Source: Limisphaerales bacterium
GTDB taxonomy: Bacteria > Verrucomicrobiota > Verrucomicrobiia > Limisphaerales > SIBE01
Assembly: GCA_044225505.1 (NCBI GenBank)
Contig: JBGAIN010000074.1
Span: forward strand, 1 to 38,358
Length of the DNA stretch: 38,358 bases
Reading direction: 5' to 3'
Within the stretch, counting starts at the first letter, position 1; the number at the start of each line of letters is the position of its first letter. Below are positions 28,145 through 37,178 of the stretch, in pieces. The notes under the pieces were generated by a model, which saw only the letters and a list, made by a program, of their open reading frames with translations, had not been told where the DNA came from and made no database searches. Both the position numbers and the translations under genes were made by a program.

Positions 28145-30484
28145 ATGATGAAAAATGACAACGACACGTTCCAGCCCCAGCTTCAAGGTGATCCGTATTA
28201 TGCGAAGGCGGTTCTGGAACCTTCCGAAATTCCCCCTACGGCGACGCGCTTGGTGGTCGTTTCCAATCGTCTGCCATTCACTGCGTCAGTAAAGTCCGGG
28301 GAACCGATCTATACCATCAGTCCCGGAGGATTGACCACCGGCTTGTGGAGCTATCTCGACCGTCGCGCCCATAATACAGGCCAGGGCGAATATCTGTGGG
28401 TTGGCTGGCCCGGCGCAACGGTCGCTCCTGAATATCAGGCGGCCGTGCAGGAGCATGGGCAGAAGAACTTCCGCGCCGCCCCGGTCTTCTTGTCTGAGGA
28501 AAGCATGGAGCGGTTCTACCTCGGCTTCTGCAACCGGACGATTTGGCCGCTATTTCACTATTTTCCATCCCTCGTCCGCTACGAGGAAGAGGATTGGGAA
28601 GAATACAAACGGACCAACCAGGAGTTTTGCGATGCTCTGGTCAAATTCCTGCGCCCCACAGACATGGTCTGGGTGCACGATTACCAACTGATGCTGCTCC
28701 CCCGACTGCTCCACGAGCGATTTCCGGAGATGCCAATCGGATTCTTCCTTCATATCCCGTTTCCGTCGTTCGAGGTTTTTCGACTGCTTCCGTCCAGTTG
28801 GCGGGCCGAGATTCTGGAAGGCATATTGGGAGCAAGCCTGATCGGTTTTCACACCCACGATTACACGCGTCATTTTCTGGGCTGCGTCCTGAGGACGCTC
28901 GGGCATGAACACCAACTCGGCCGGCTCACCGTCCGAGAACGGGTCATTCAGGTGGATACCTTTCCTATGGGTATCGATTACGAAAAGTTTGACCAAGCAG
29001 CGCGGAGCACGCAAATAGAACAGCGGGTAAGTCTGTTGCGGGAGCAGAGCGCAGTACCGAAAGTCATCTTCTCTTTGGATCGGCTTGATTACACCAAAGG
29101 TCTCCTGAACCGTCTCCGCGGCTATGAGCTCTTCTTGGAACGAAATCCACACTGGCATGGCAAGGTGACTTTCGTGCTGTCGGTGGCACCCTCTCGCACC
29201 GGAGTCGACAGCTATCGAGCGATGCATCAGGAGATCGAGCAGACAGTCGGCCGTATCGGCGGCACTTATGGCAAGGTCAACTGGACGCCTCTGATCTACC
29301 AATACCGGAATCTTTCGTTCGATGAGATCGTAGCGATGTACCGGCTCTGCCACGTCGCCCTGATCACCCCACTCAGAGATGGAATGAATCTGGTCGCCAA
29401 GGAATTTGTCGCCTCGCGGATTGACCAAACCGGAGTGCTCATCCTCAGCGAGATGGCCGGGGCCGCCAAGGAGATGGCGGAGGCGATTATCACTAGTCCC
29501 GTCCATCGGGGCGAACTTGCTCAGGCCCTGGAACAAGCCTTGGCGTTGCCGCTCGATGAACAAATCCGACGAAATCAGCTAATGCAGCAACGGCTTCGCC
29601 GTTACGACGTGAATCGTTGGGCCGACGATTTCCTGCAGGCACTGCTGGCAACGCAAAAGACAGAAGCGGCCCAGCGCGCCCGTTCACTCACCGGCAAGAC
29701 CCACGCTCGATTGCTACAGGAGTATCGAGCAGCGTCCGCTCGGGCCCTGTTGCTCGATTATGATGGGAGCCTGGTTCCGTTCGTTGGCGATCCGAAACAG
29801 GCTCTCCCGGATCCTGAGTTATTGGGATTGCTGTCGGGCCTGTCCTCCGACCCGGCCAACAATGTGATCATTGTCAGCGGAAGATCTCGGGCTGATCTCG
29901 AGAAATGGTTTGGGACTGTTCCGGTCGGACTGGTCGCTGAACACGGCGTTTGGCTGCGTCCCAAACCTGGCGATTGGCGGTTGCTGAAGAGTTTGACAAA
30001 CAAGTGGATGGCCCAGGTCCGTCCGATTCTTCAACTCTACGTGGATCGTCTACCGGGGGCGTTATTGGAGGAAAAGGAGTATTCGCTGGCCTGGCATTAT
30101 CGGCGGGCCGATCCAGAACAGGCTTCGCATCGCGCCAAAGAGCTTCTGGACGACTTGGCTGATTATACCAGGAACATCGACGTACAAGTTCTGGAAGGAG
30201 ACAAGGTCATCGAGATTCGGCATACCGGCGTCACAAAAGGAACAGCCGCTCTCGAATGGCTGGCCAGCAGCTCTGTCGATTTCATCCTGGCGACCGGCGA
30301 CGATTGGACCGATGAAGACCTCTTTCGTGCGCTGCCTTCGACAGCCTTCTCTATCCGTGTGGGTTTGGCGAGGACGGCCGCGCGTTTCCACTTGGGATCC
30401 TATTCAGCCGTCCGCCAACTTCTGCGTGAGCTAAACGACGCTTCTTGCAGCCAAAATTCGGCAAATCCGTCGATACTCCTATGA
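28145..30484 (+). CDS. Bifunctional trehalose-6-phosphate synthase/phosphatase (OtsA-OtsB fusion)
   Basis: [65 protein letters not shown] motifs [23 protein letters not shown]. Confidence 0.96.
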   Translation: MMKNDNDTFQPQLQGDPYYAKAVLEPSEIPPTATRLVVVSNRLPFTASVKSGEPIYTISPGGLTTGLWSYLDRRAHNTGQGEYLWVGWPGATVAPEYQAAVQEHGQKNFRAAPVFLSEESMERFYLGFCNRTIWPLFHYFPSLVRYEEEDWEEYKRTNQEFCDALVKFLRPTDMVWVHDYQLMLLPRLLHERFPEMPIGFFLHIPFPSFEVFRLLPSSWRAEILEGILGASLIGFHTHDYTRHFLGCVLRTLGHEHQLGRLTVRERVIQVDTFPMGIDYEKFDQAARSTQIEQRVSLLREQSAVPKVIFSLDRLDYTKGLLNRLRGYELFLERNPHWHGKVTFVLSVAPSRTGVDSYRAMHQEIEQTVGRIGGTYGKVNWTPLIYQYRNLSFDEIVAMYRLCHVALITPLRDGMNLVAKEFVASRIDQTGVLILSEMAGAAKEMAEAIITSPVHRGELAQALEQALALPLDEQIRRNQLMQQRLRRYDVNRWADDFLQALLATQKTEAAQRARSLTGKTHARLLQEYRAASARALLLDYDGSLVPFVGDPKQALPDPELLGLLSGLSSDPANNVIIVSGRSRADLEKWFGTVPVGLVAEHGVWLRPKPGDWRLLKSLTNKWMAQVRPILQLYVDRLPGALLEEKEYSLAWHYRRADPEQASHRAKELLDDLADYTRNIDVQVLEGDKVIEIRHTGVTKGTAALEWLASSSVDFILATGDDWTDEDLFRALPSTAFSIRVGLARTAARFHLGSYSAVRQLLRELNDASCSQNSANPSILL

Positions 30485-30804
30485 ACTTGAAGTCTCGAAC
30501 CAAGAACACCGTGCATTTGGTAGCGTACGACAAAGACAGACAGCAAATTATCGACGAGTTCCTGCCCATTTCTACATTCTACGATGACACGCATCCCGTT
30601 CTCGATGAGCCAAACTACCGGAGGAACCACGGAATCGTCCGACTGACGGGTTCCGTCCATGATACCAAAGGCGTTATCGTTCAGGAGTTCGAAGTCAGCT
30701 TTAATGCGTCGGGATTCTGCGAGTGTGACGCGGCGAAGTTCGCGGATGGCTCGATTCTCGGTGATTGGGAACGCCTCCACACGAGGGCGGCTTCGCCGAA
30801 CTAG
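30481..30804 (+). CDS. Hypothetical protein (107 aa) translationally coupled to TPS/TPP
   Basis: ATGA start/stop overlap at 30481-30484; globular, beta-rich-looking sequence. Confidence 0.7.
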   Translation: MNLKSRTKNTVHLVAYDKDRQQIIDEFLPISTFYDDTHPVLDEPNYRRNHGIVRLTGSVHDTKGVIVQEFEVSFNASGFCECDAAKFADGSILGDWERLHTRAASPN

Positions 30805-30993
30805 CATCAGCGTTGCGGTGGCGCGGCACAAATAGACAACCTCCGAACGCTGGAGATTCAAAGAATAGGGATTGAGTGAGCGGCGTCGGGGGTAACGTGA
30901 CACCTGGGTTAGCTACCTTCTGCAACTCCATCAAGAGAATGTCCTGCTCGGCGGCAAAAGGTCTCAGGTTGAGCGACTTGAGAAATCGGGAGG

Positions 30994-31557
30994 TTACGGA
31001 ATCGACGGCGTTCTCACGGTCCGGGTCGGTATCATGCGGAGACGACTGTTACTTGTTGTCGTGCCCAGAGAACCAGGAAGGGACGCGCTTCTCGCGTTGG
31101 TTTTGAGACTCCCAGGGCCGATCGTGGGCACGGGCTTCACCCCATTCGCCCAGAAGTTCATCACCAACTCTTCGCCAGCGTGACGAACCCGGACTGTTTT
31201 CGCCACGAGATCAATGTCCAAGACTTCCAACGTGTCTTTTCCTTCGCCCACCCCAAGACAGTAGTAGTGGGGCAATCGTCCCGGACTTGGCTTGCTCATA
31301 AAATAGGCCCGTTCCCGTCCAATAGAGGTGATCCCGGTCAGGAGGATTTGATCTTGCGGAGGCTTGGCCACGAAGTTGGTTTTTGGAGGAGGGAGTGGCC
31401 GGAGCCCAAATGGGTTTCTTTCGTAGATTACGGAGTAGTCGCGCGTTTTGGGAACATGCTCACTGCTTCCCGAGCTAACGAAATGTGCTGCGTGGGACAG
31501 CATCAAGGAGCAACTTATCGTTAGTAACGAACAGGACAACTTTGCTTGATCAGTCAT
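30994..31557 (-). CDS. Hypothetical exported protein (GspC/PilP-like pattern), probably with a disrupted 3' end
   Basis: Signal-like N-terminus; Y..I.ERNPFGLRP.PPP, ILLTGITSIG..RAYF, LEVLDID....VRV. A protein-like continuation follows the stop in shifted frames. Confidence 0.6.
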   Translation of the reverse strand: MTDQAKLSCSLLTISCSLMLSHAAHFVSSGSSEHVPKTRDYSVIYERNPFGLRPLPPPKTNFVAKPPQDQILLTGITSIGRERAYFMSKPSPGRLPHYYCLGVGEGKDTLEVLDIDLVAKTVRVRHAGEELVMNFWANGVKPVPTIGPGSLKTNARSASLPGSLGTTTSNSRLRMIPTRTVRTPSIP

Positions 31558-31838
31558 TTTCGGTCTTAGGGCGAGACATCCGAGTGGCGGTTGCTAACCT
31601 TAGCCATTCTCATGTCGGACGGAGAGAGTGCAAGCTGGGACGCCGACGCCCCGTGCCTGCACTCTTGCTGATGCTGCTCTGACCGGTCGAGGTCAGCTCC
31701 AGCCCAAGTTCGCACCCGCTGCAATCTACGGAGAGAGCCGTGCGAAGGTAATTGGATGGGTTGCTATGTTGATCTCAGTGGAAAGACTAGGTGGGATGTG
31801 TTGCTTGCATGCCGTAGCCCTTTGTCCAAAATAAGCTG

Positions 31839-33575
31839 GTGCGTTGGAATTACGTTAGAGAGAGTCTCCGCCAGGCCTCACCCCGTACGCGGCAGATCGC
31901 CCAAACGACGATCATCGGGTTGGCCGCCGGCGGGGCGGCTGTCGCCTTCCAAAGTGGAATTAACGTGCTTTACCGCATCACGTTGGTCCAACTATCCCGA
32001 CAGAGTACGTCGGTCTTTCTTGTCGGAAGCCTCGCGACGATTCTTCTGAGCGCATTGGCCGCGGGATTTCTCCTGAACTCCTTTTGCCGGGAGGCATCGG
32101 GCAGTGGCATACCGCAGTTGAAACTAGCGTTTTGGAAAGACTTTGGCGTCGTTCCATTTCGCGCGGTTTGGGTAAAATTCGTTGGAGGCATTCTCAGCGT
32201 CGGAGGCGGCAGTAGTCTGGGCCGGGAAGGACCCAGCGTGCATATTGCCGGAGGACTCGCCTCGAACCTGGCAGGCCTTTTCGGTCAAGCCAAGCAGAAC
32301 CGTCGTTTGGCTTCGGCGGCGGGAGCAGCGGCTGGCCTGGCCGCCGCATTCAATACGCCCTTGGCAGCTGTGACCTTTGTCCTGGAAGAGATTATTGAGG
32401 ACTTGAACAGCCGGTTTCTGGGAAGCGTACTGCTCGCGGCCGTTATCGGTGCGCTGGTGGCCCATGGCCTTCTGGGTCCGCAACCCGCCTTCAGCCTCGA
32501 GCCGATAGAAACACCTTCGTGGCGCGCGTATCTGCTCGTCCCGATCGTTGCTGGCTTATCCGCGTTGGCGGGCGGCGTGTTCCAACGTTGGACGTTGCGC
32601 TTGAGGGCTGCGCGGGGTCGAGTGGAGATCGTCCCTGTTTGGGGCCGCCCAGCGCTGGGCGCTATCCTGACCTGGATTCTGGGTGCCGCGATTTTCCTAT
32701 GGTGTGGGCGCCTTGGGGTATTTAGCCTGGGCTATGATGATCTATCCGATGCGCTCAACAACCGGATGCTTTGGTCCACCGCGGCCGTCCTACTGATGGC
32801 AAAGTTGATGGCGACTGTGTTGTGCTATGGCTTTGGTAGCGCGGGCGGGATTTTCTCGCCGACACTTTTCTTTGGAGGAATGTGCGGTGTCGTTGTCAGC
32901 GGGGTGGCCCAATTCTCTCTCGCTCTTAATCAAGCCGATCACATGACCCTGGCGGTCGTGGGTATGAGCGCGTGTCTCGGAGCGGTGGTCAGGGCGCCCG
33001 TTACCGGAATACTGATCGTCTTTGAAATGACTCATGAGTTCGCATTAGTTCCCGCTTTGATGCTTGGAGCTATCGTCAGCCAGGCTATTGCTCACCGTTT
33101 GACTGGACACAATTTTTATGAGGCCGTGCTCCGCCAGGACGGACATATCCTGGAGCATGTGATCCCACCACGGGACTTGTATGGTTGGCAACAGCTCCCG
33201 GTCTCGGCGGTCGCGAACTTCCACCCCGTCGTGGCGACGGACCTAAGCCATTCGGGACTGATGGAGCTTCTCAACAATCATCCCTTTCAACGCTTTCCCG
33301 TCTCGTTGAACGATCGCGTCAGCGGCGTCCTAACTCGCGCCGAAGCGCAAGACGCTTTGAACCAACGGCGTTTGCCACGTCTCGAGGCAGCGAGCACCTG
33401 CCCGCCGACGCGGAGAGTCCGCGAGTTGCAGGCTACCTTGGTGGAATCTACGACCCTATTTGTGATTGTGACCGCTGAGCAGAACGGTCGCGTCCTCGGC
33501 GTCTTAACCCTTCACGATCTGCTTCGTGCCGAATTGGCTCTTGGTCGAACGGCGGATAGTTCCTTGGACGGATAG
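31839..33575 (+). CDS. ClC family Cl-/H+ antiporter with C-terminal CBS pair
   Basis: GSGIP, GREGP (gating Glu), AAAFNTPL..V.FVLEE (proton Glu), GGIFSP, NFYE; CBS motifs FQRFPV and GVLTLHDLL. Confidence 0.93.
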   Translation: MRWNYVRESLRQASPRTRQIAQTTIIGLAAGGAAVAFQSGINVLYRITLVQLSRQSTSVFLVGSLATILLSALAAGFLLNSFCREASGSGIPQLKLAFWKDFGVVPFRAVWVKFVGGILSVGGGSSLGREGPSVHIAGGLASNLAGLFGQAKQNRRLASAAGAAAGLAAAFNTPLAAVTFVLEEIIEDLNSRFLGSVLLAAVIGALVAHGLLGPQPAFSLEPIETPSWRAYLLVPIVAGLSALAGGVFQRWTLRLRAARGRVEIVPVWGRPALGAILTWILGAAIFLWCGRLGVFSLGYDDLSDALNNRMLWSTAAVLLMAKLMATVLCYGFGSAGGIFSPTLFFGGMCGVVVSGVAQFSLALNQADHMTLAVVGMSACLGAVVRAPVTGILIVFEMTHEFALVPALMLGAIVSQAIAHRLTGHNFYEAVLRQDGHILEHVIPPRDLYGWQQLPVSAVANFHPVVATDLSHSGLMELLNNHPFQRFPVSLNDRVSGVLTRAEAQDALNQRRLPRLEAASTCPPTRRVRELQATLVESTTLFVIVTAEQNGRVLGVLTLHDLLRAELALGRTADSSLDG

Positions 33576-33629
33576 ACCATAGAATTGCCGCCGCCGATCC
33601 CAATCGCAGGTGGCCGGAACTCGGTTCGT

Positions 33630-34631
33630 CTACTCTCCTAGAGGGCGTATGAGGGTTGTCTCCTCTACGCTCCAAAGCTTCACGGTATGGTCTGTGCTGC
33701 CCGAGACGAGCATTCTGCCGTCAGGTGAGAACGCGACAGAATTCACGAGGTTCTTATGAGCCTTCCACCAAGTGCGGAGCGCACCGTTTGATGGATTCCA
33801 AAGCTTGATACAATTGTCCCAGCCGCCGGAGGCGAGAAGCGAGCCATCGGGTGAAAAGGTCGCGCAATAAACCAGCCGTGAATGAGTGTCGATAGCCCGA
33901 ATTGGGCTCAGGTGTGGCGCTTGCCAAAGTCGAATATATCCATCATAGCCGGCGGAAACCAGAGTTCGGCCGTCTGGCGAGAACTTCACGGAACTGACGT
34001 CGCTGCGGTGCGCTCGGAGCGCCCGCACGACGCTGCCATCGTCGATGCGCCAAATCTTTACAAAACCGTCCTGGCCTGCCGATGCCAAATAGGTTCCATC
34101 GGGCGAAAAAGCGATGCTTAGAATTCCGCCTTCATGGGCCAACCATCTTCTCAACGGTACCCCCTTTGAATCGTCCCAGATCGTGATGACATTGTCCGAA
34201 GTGCCCCAGGCCAGAAGCTGGTCCTTGGGTGAAAATGCTACGGTGTTGACCCTTTTCTCCCGGGCGTCCAACACTGCGATCGGAGAGCTCTCGTTCGGTT
34301 GCCAGATTCTCACCGTCCCATCGTATCCTCCGGAAACGAGTCGATCTCCGTACGGCGAGAAGGCGATAGCAATCACGGCGCCCTTGTGCCCATGCAGCGT
34401 CTGGATAAGTCTTCCGCTTGCGACCTCCCATATCTTAACTGTCTTGTCGCGGCTCGCTGAGGCAGCCAGCTTCCCGTCCGCAGAGAACGCTACCGCCCGC
34501 ACACCGGATTTATGAGCAGAGGTGGTTCGTCTCCCGCCATCGGCGCCTTGCGCGACTCCCTGGAGGAGCACGCAGCACACCAAAACCATAGAATACCAGT
34601 GCCAACGAACTTGTCTTTGATGGTTAAACAT
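33630..34631 (-). CDS. WD40-repeat beta-propeller protein with signal-like N-terminus
   Basis: Seven H..V..VAFSPDG..L.S.S.D.TVKIW-type repeats; MVLVCCVLLQGVAQG. Start uncertain (34685/34631/34589). Confidence 0.9.
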   Translation of the reverse strand: MFNHQRQVRWHWYSMVLVCCVLLQGVAQGADGGRRTTSAHKSGVRAVAFSADGKLAASASRDKTVKIWEVASGRLIQTLHGHKGAVIAIAFSPYGDRLVSGGYDGTVRIWQPNESSPIAVLDAREKRVNTVAFSPKDQLLAWGTSDNVITIWDDSKGVPLRRWLAHEGGILSIAFSPDGTYLASAGQDGFVKIWRIDDGSVVRALRAHRSDVSSVKFSPDGRTLVSAGYDGYIRLWQAPHLSPIRAIDTHSRLVYCATFSPDGSLLASGGWDNCIKLWNPSNGALRTWWKAHKNLVNSVAFSPDGRMLVSGSTDHTVKLWSVEETTLIRPLGE

Positions 34632-34668
34632 AAAGCGAAATGGGTCGTTCACATCGGATGGTCGACTC

Positions 34669-35391
34669 CTACCTCTCTCCTCCATAAGCTTCGACCCACA
34701 AAACGGCGTGCCGTGTTAGTTCAGGTCCTGTTCTTAGTCTGAGTTTCCGTTTGATACCAGCCCGGTGCGCCTCGACGGTTTTCACGCTCATGCTTAAAGC
34801 TCGGGAAATCTCGGCCGTTTCCCGAGCCTGACCAATGAGAGTGAACACTTCCAACTCGCGGTCGGTCAACTGTTCAACGGGCGAAACAATTCGCGGTTGC
34901 CGCGGGCTCGCCAAACTGTTTAGAAGCCGCGTTGATGCATCCTCGCTTAGGTAGATTTGTCCGCGAAGCACACAACGAAGCGCATCGATGAGTTGCCGGC
35001 CCTCCGCGTGTTTCGAAATGTAACCTCGGCCACCGGCTCTGAGAACTCGTTCCGCAAATACAGACTCATCGTGCATGGAAAGCACGAGCACCGGCAAGTT
35101 TGGCCGGAGCGCACGAATATCTTTAATTAGCTCCAGCCCATTCCGGCCCGGAAGATTGATGTCTGCCAGGACTAGGTGCGGGTCCAGTCGTTCTATCGCC
35201 GCAAGTGCTTGACGTGCATCAGCCGCTTCACCGCACACCGCGATGTCCGCCTGGGCGTTGATCTGAGCCGCTAAGCCTTCTCGCAGAACCGTGTGGTCGT
35301 CGACGATGAGAATTCTCCTTCGCCCGGATTCGGCGGTTATGCACTTCGGGTCTGGGCTGACGGTTTGTCTAGCGAAGGGTTTCAGTTTCAT
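34669..35391 (-). CDS. NarL/FixJ-family response regulator (REC + LuxR HTH)
   Basis: ILIVDDH..LREGL, LADINLPG.NGLEL, VLSMHD, GYISK, LTDRELEVF, SVKTVEAHR. Confidence 0.95.
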   Translation of the reverse strand: MKLKPFARQTVSPDPKCITAESGRRRILIVDDHTVLREGLAAQINAQADIAVCGEAADARQALAAIERLDPHLVLADINLPGRNGLELIKDIRALRPNLPVLVLSMHDESVFAERVLRAGGRGYISKHAEGRQLIDALRCVLRGQIYLSEDASTRLLNSLASPRQPRIVSPVEQLTDRELEVFTLIGQARETAEISRALSMSVKTVEAHRAGIKRKLRLRTGPELTRHAVLWVEAYGGER

Positions 35392-36862
35392 GGCAGGTTT
35401 CGCTCGAACAGGGCGCCACGCATGTGACTTTTGTGCCTTTGCCCTTTGGCCGCGGCCCGACAGCCAGTCGACCCCGGACGAGGTCTGCCCTGTATTGCAT
35501 AATCCTCAGTCCCAATCCACTCCGGCTTGGGGAAGGAGTTACAAAACCCTTGCCATCATCCTCAACCGCGAGAGAAAGCAGCCCCTTCTCAAACTTCAAT
35601 CGAATAACGATCTTCTTCGCGCGGGCGTGCTTGAGCGCATTATTCACCGCTTCCTGCGCAATGCGATAAAAGTGACCAGCGAGAACGGAATCTTCCACCC
35701 GGATGGGCCTTTCGCTTTGAAAATTGCAGCAAACACCGAAGACGTCGCTCGTTTGTGCGGCCAACTCACCGAGCGCATCCGTCAGCCCCTCGGGTTCTAA
35801 GCGAATTGGCGAGAGTCCCCTCGCAAGTCGGCGCGTCTGCTCAATGGCGTTGCGCACCAGGACAAAGATGCGTTCGACTTCACCAGCTTCGGGCGAAGCA
35901 CGCGCTGTAAGCCTTTCGTGTACGACATTGGTGAGGTAAGCAATCCCTCCAAGCTGTTGACCAAGGCCATCGTGCAATTCCTGTGCGAAGCTCCGGCGCT
36001 CTCGGTCACTCAGCTCAAGAACTTCACGCTCCAGTCGCTTTCGTTGGGAGAGGTCTCGCACAAACCAACGGGAGTGAACCAACCGGCCTTTCTCCCAGAA
36101 TGCATTGGCGTCGATCATGACGGGCCGAATCTCCTGACGAGTCGTCACGAGCTCCAGACTCAAGTTCCGTAAGCTCTGCCGCCCCGCCAAACGCGTGAGA
36201 AGCTCATGGATAAAAGCTGCCTCCGCATGAAATCTCCTGAGCGGCCAGCCCAGACATTGCTTTGGCCGGCATTGCAGGAGGCTCAGCAACGCGCGATTAG
36301 CGCGGAGTATCGTCCCCTCTGGAGAAATCCACATCAACCCCAGCGATGCTTCTTCGAAAAGATCGGTCAACTCTCGTTCACTGCGCTGCAACGCCTCGCG
36401 CATTTGCCGTTGCTCAGTCATGTCCCGGGCAATTGTCGAGACTCCAACCAGCCTCCCGGTGGCGTCTTTGATTGGGGAGAGGGCGAGGGAAACAGGGAAA
36501 ACAGTTCGATCTCTTCGCACGCGCTCCGTCTCGAAATGCTGGACAGTCTCTCCAGAGCGAATGCGTTCGGCCAAGTGACGGTATTCCTCTCGCCGACCTG
36601 GAGGGAGGAGCACGCGGCAGGAGCGGCCAACGATTTCATCGGCCGAATAGCCGAACATCCGCCTCGCAGCCTGATTCCACGTGGTTACGGTGCCGTCGAA
36701 GGTCCGACTGAAAATCGCGTCGCTGGAGAACTCGACGATCGCGGCCAATTGGCTTGTTCGATCCGGGACGGCGGTCCTATTGTTAATGGGACTGGGTGAA
36801 AGGCGTGGCCGGTCGCTCGTGACTGTTGTGCCCTGACGTTGTTGGAGCTGAAGCGAGCGCAT
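35369..36862 (-). CDS. Cytoplasmic PAS-PAS sensor histidine kinase (HisKA_3 type)
   Basis: AIVEFSSDAI..WNQAA.RMFGYSADEIVG (PAS1), LFEEASLG (PAS2), AQELHDGLGQQL, YRIAQEAVNNALKHA, DDGKGF, GLGLRIM. No TM helix; overlaps the regulator start by 23 bp. Confidence 0.93.
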   Translation of the reverse strand: MRSLQLQQRQGTTVTSDRPRLSPSPINNRTAVPDRTSQLAAIVEFSSDAIFSRTFDGTVTTWNQAARRMFGYSADEIVGRSCRVLLPPGRREEYRHLAERIRSGETVQHFETERVRRDRTVFPVSLALSPIKDATGRLVGVSTIARDMTEQRQMREALQRSERELTDLFEEASLGLMWISPEGTILRANRALLSLLQCRPKQCLGWPLRRFHAEAAFIHELLTRLAGRQSLRNLSLELVTTRQEIRPVMIDANAFWEKGRLVHSRWFVRDLSQRKRLEREVLELSDRERRSFAQELHDGLGQQLGGIAYLTNVVHERLTARASPEAGEVERIFVLVRNAIEQTRRLARGLSPIRLEPEGLTDALGELAAQTSDVFGVCCNFQSERPIRVEDSVLAGHFYRIAQEAVNNALKHARAKKIVIRLKFEKGLLSLAVEDDGKGFVTPSPSRSGLGLRIMQYRADLVRGRLAVGPRPKGKGTKVTCVAPCSSETCHETETLR

Positions 36863-36896
36863 GCTATCGGACAAATGTATTCTCAAAATCCATTCT

Positions 36897-36951
36897 CGTG
36901 GAATGGCGGCCCGACCATTCACGTTACCTCCGAGAGACATCTCTCGGACCC
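36897..36951 (-). ncRNA. nhaA-I-like (Li+-I class) riboswitch candidate, copy B
   Basis: GGGT-CCGAGAG/atgt/CTCTCGG-AGGTAA-CGTGAATGG/TCGGGCCG/CCATTCCACG, ending about 35 nt before the kinase ATG at 36862. Confidence 0.8.
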
Positions 36952-37178
36952 TTCCGCTTCCAGCGCTCTCAGAGGATGGAAAGCACTTGGCGAGGGCCCC
37001 CACGAACGCCAAGTGGTCGACTGGCCCGCGCCTCCCCTTTCGAGCAAAGCCACACGAAGCCTAGTTTGGACGTATTTCACTCGGCTCGTATTGAAAGGTT
37101 TACCATTTTTTCTCCTTGGCCCGTGCTGGGATTGGCCGAGCATCCGGCCACCCTGATCGAGATCTGGGCTTTGAGGCC

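Noticed and set aside
28550..29563. 337-aa minus-strand ORF
   Set aside because: Antisense shadow of TPS/TPP.
31560..31838. Fluoride riboswitch / fluoride-specific CLC-F
   Set aside because: No crcB-type consensus in the leader, and the protein has chloride-type GSGIP and GREGP motifs.
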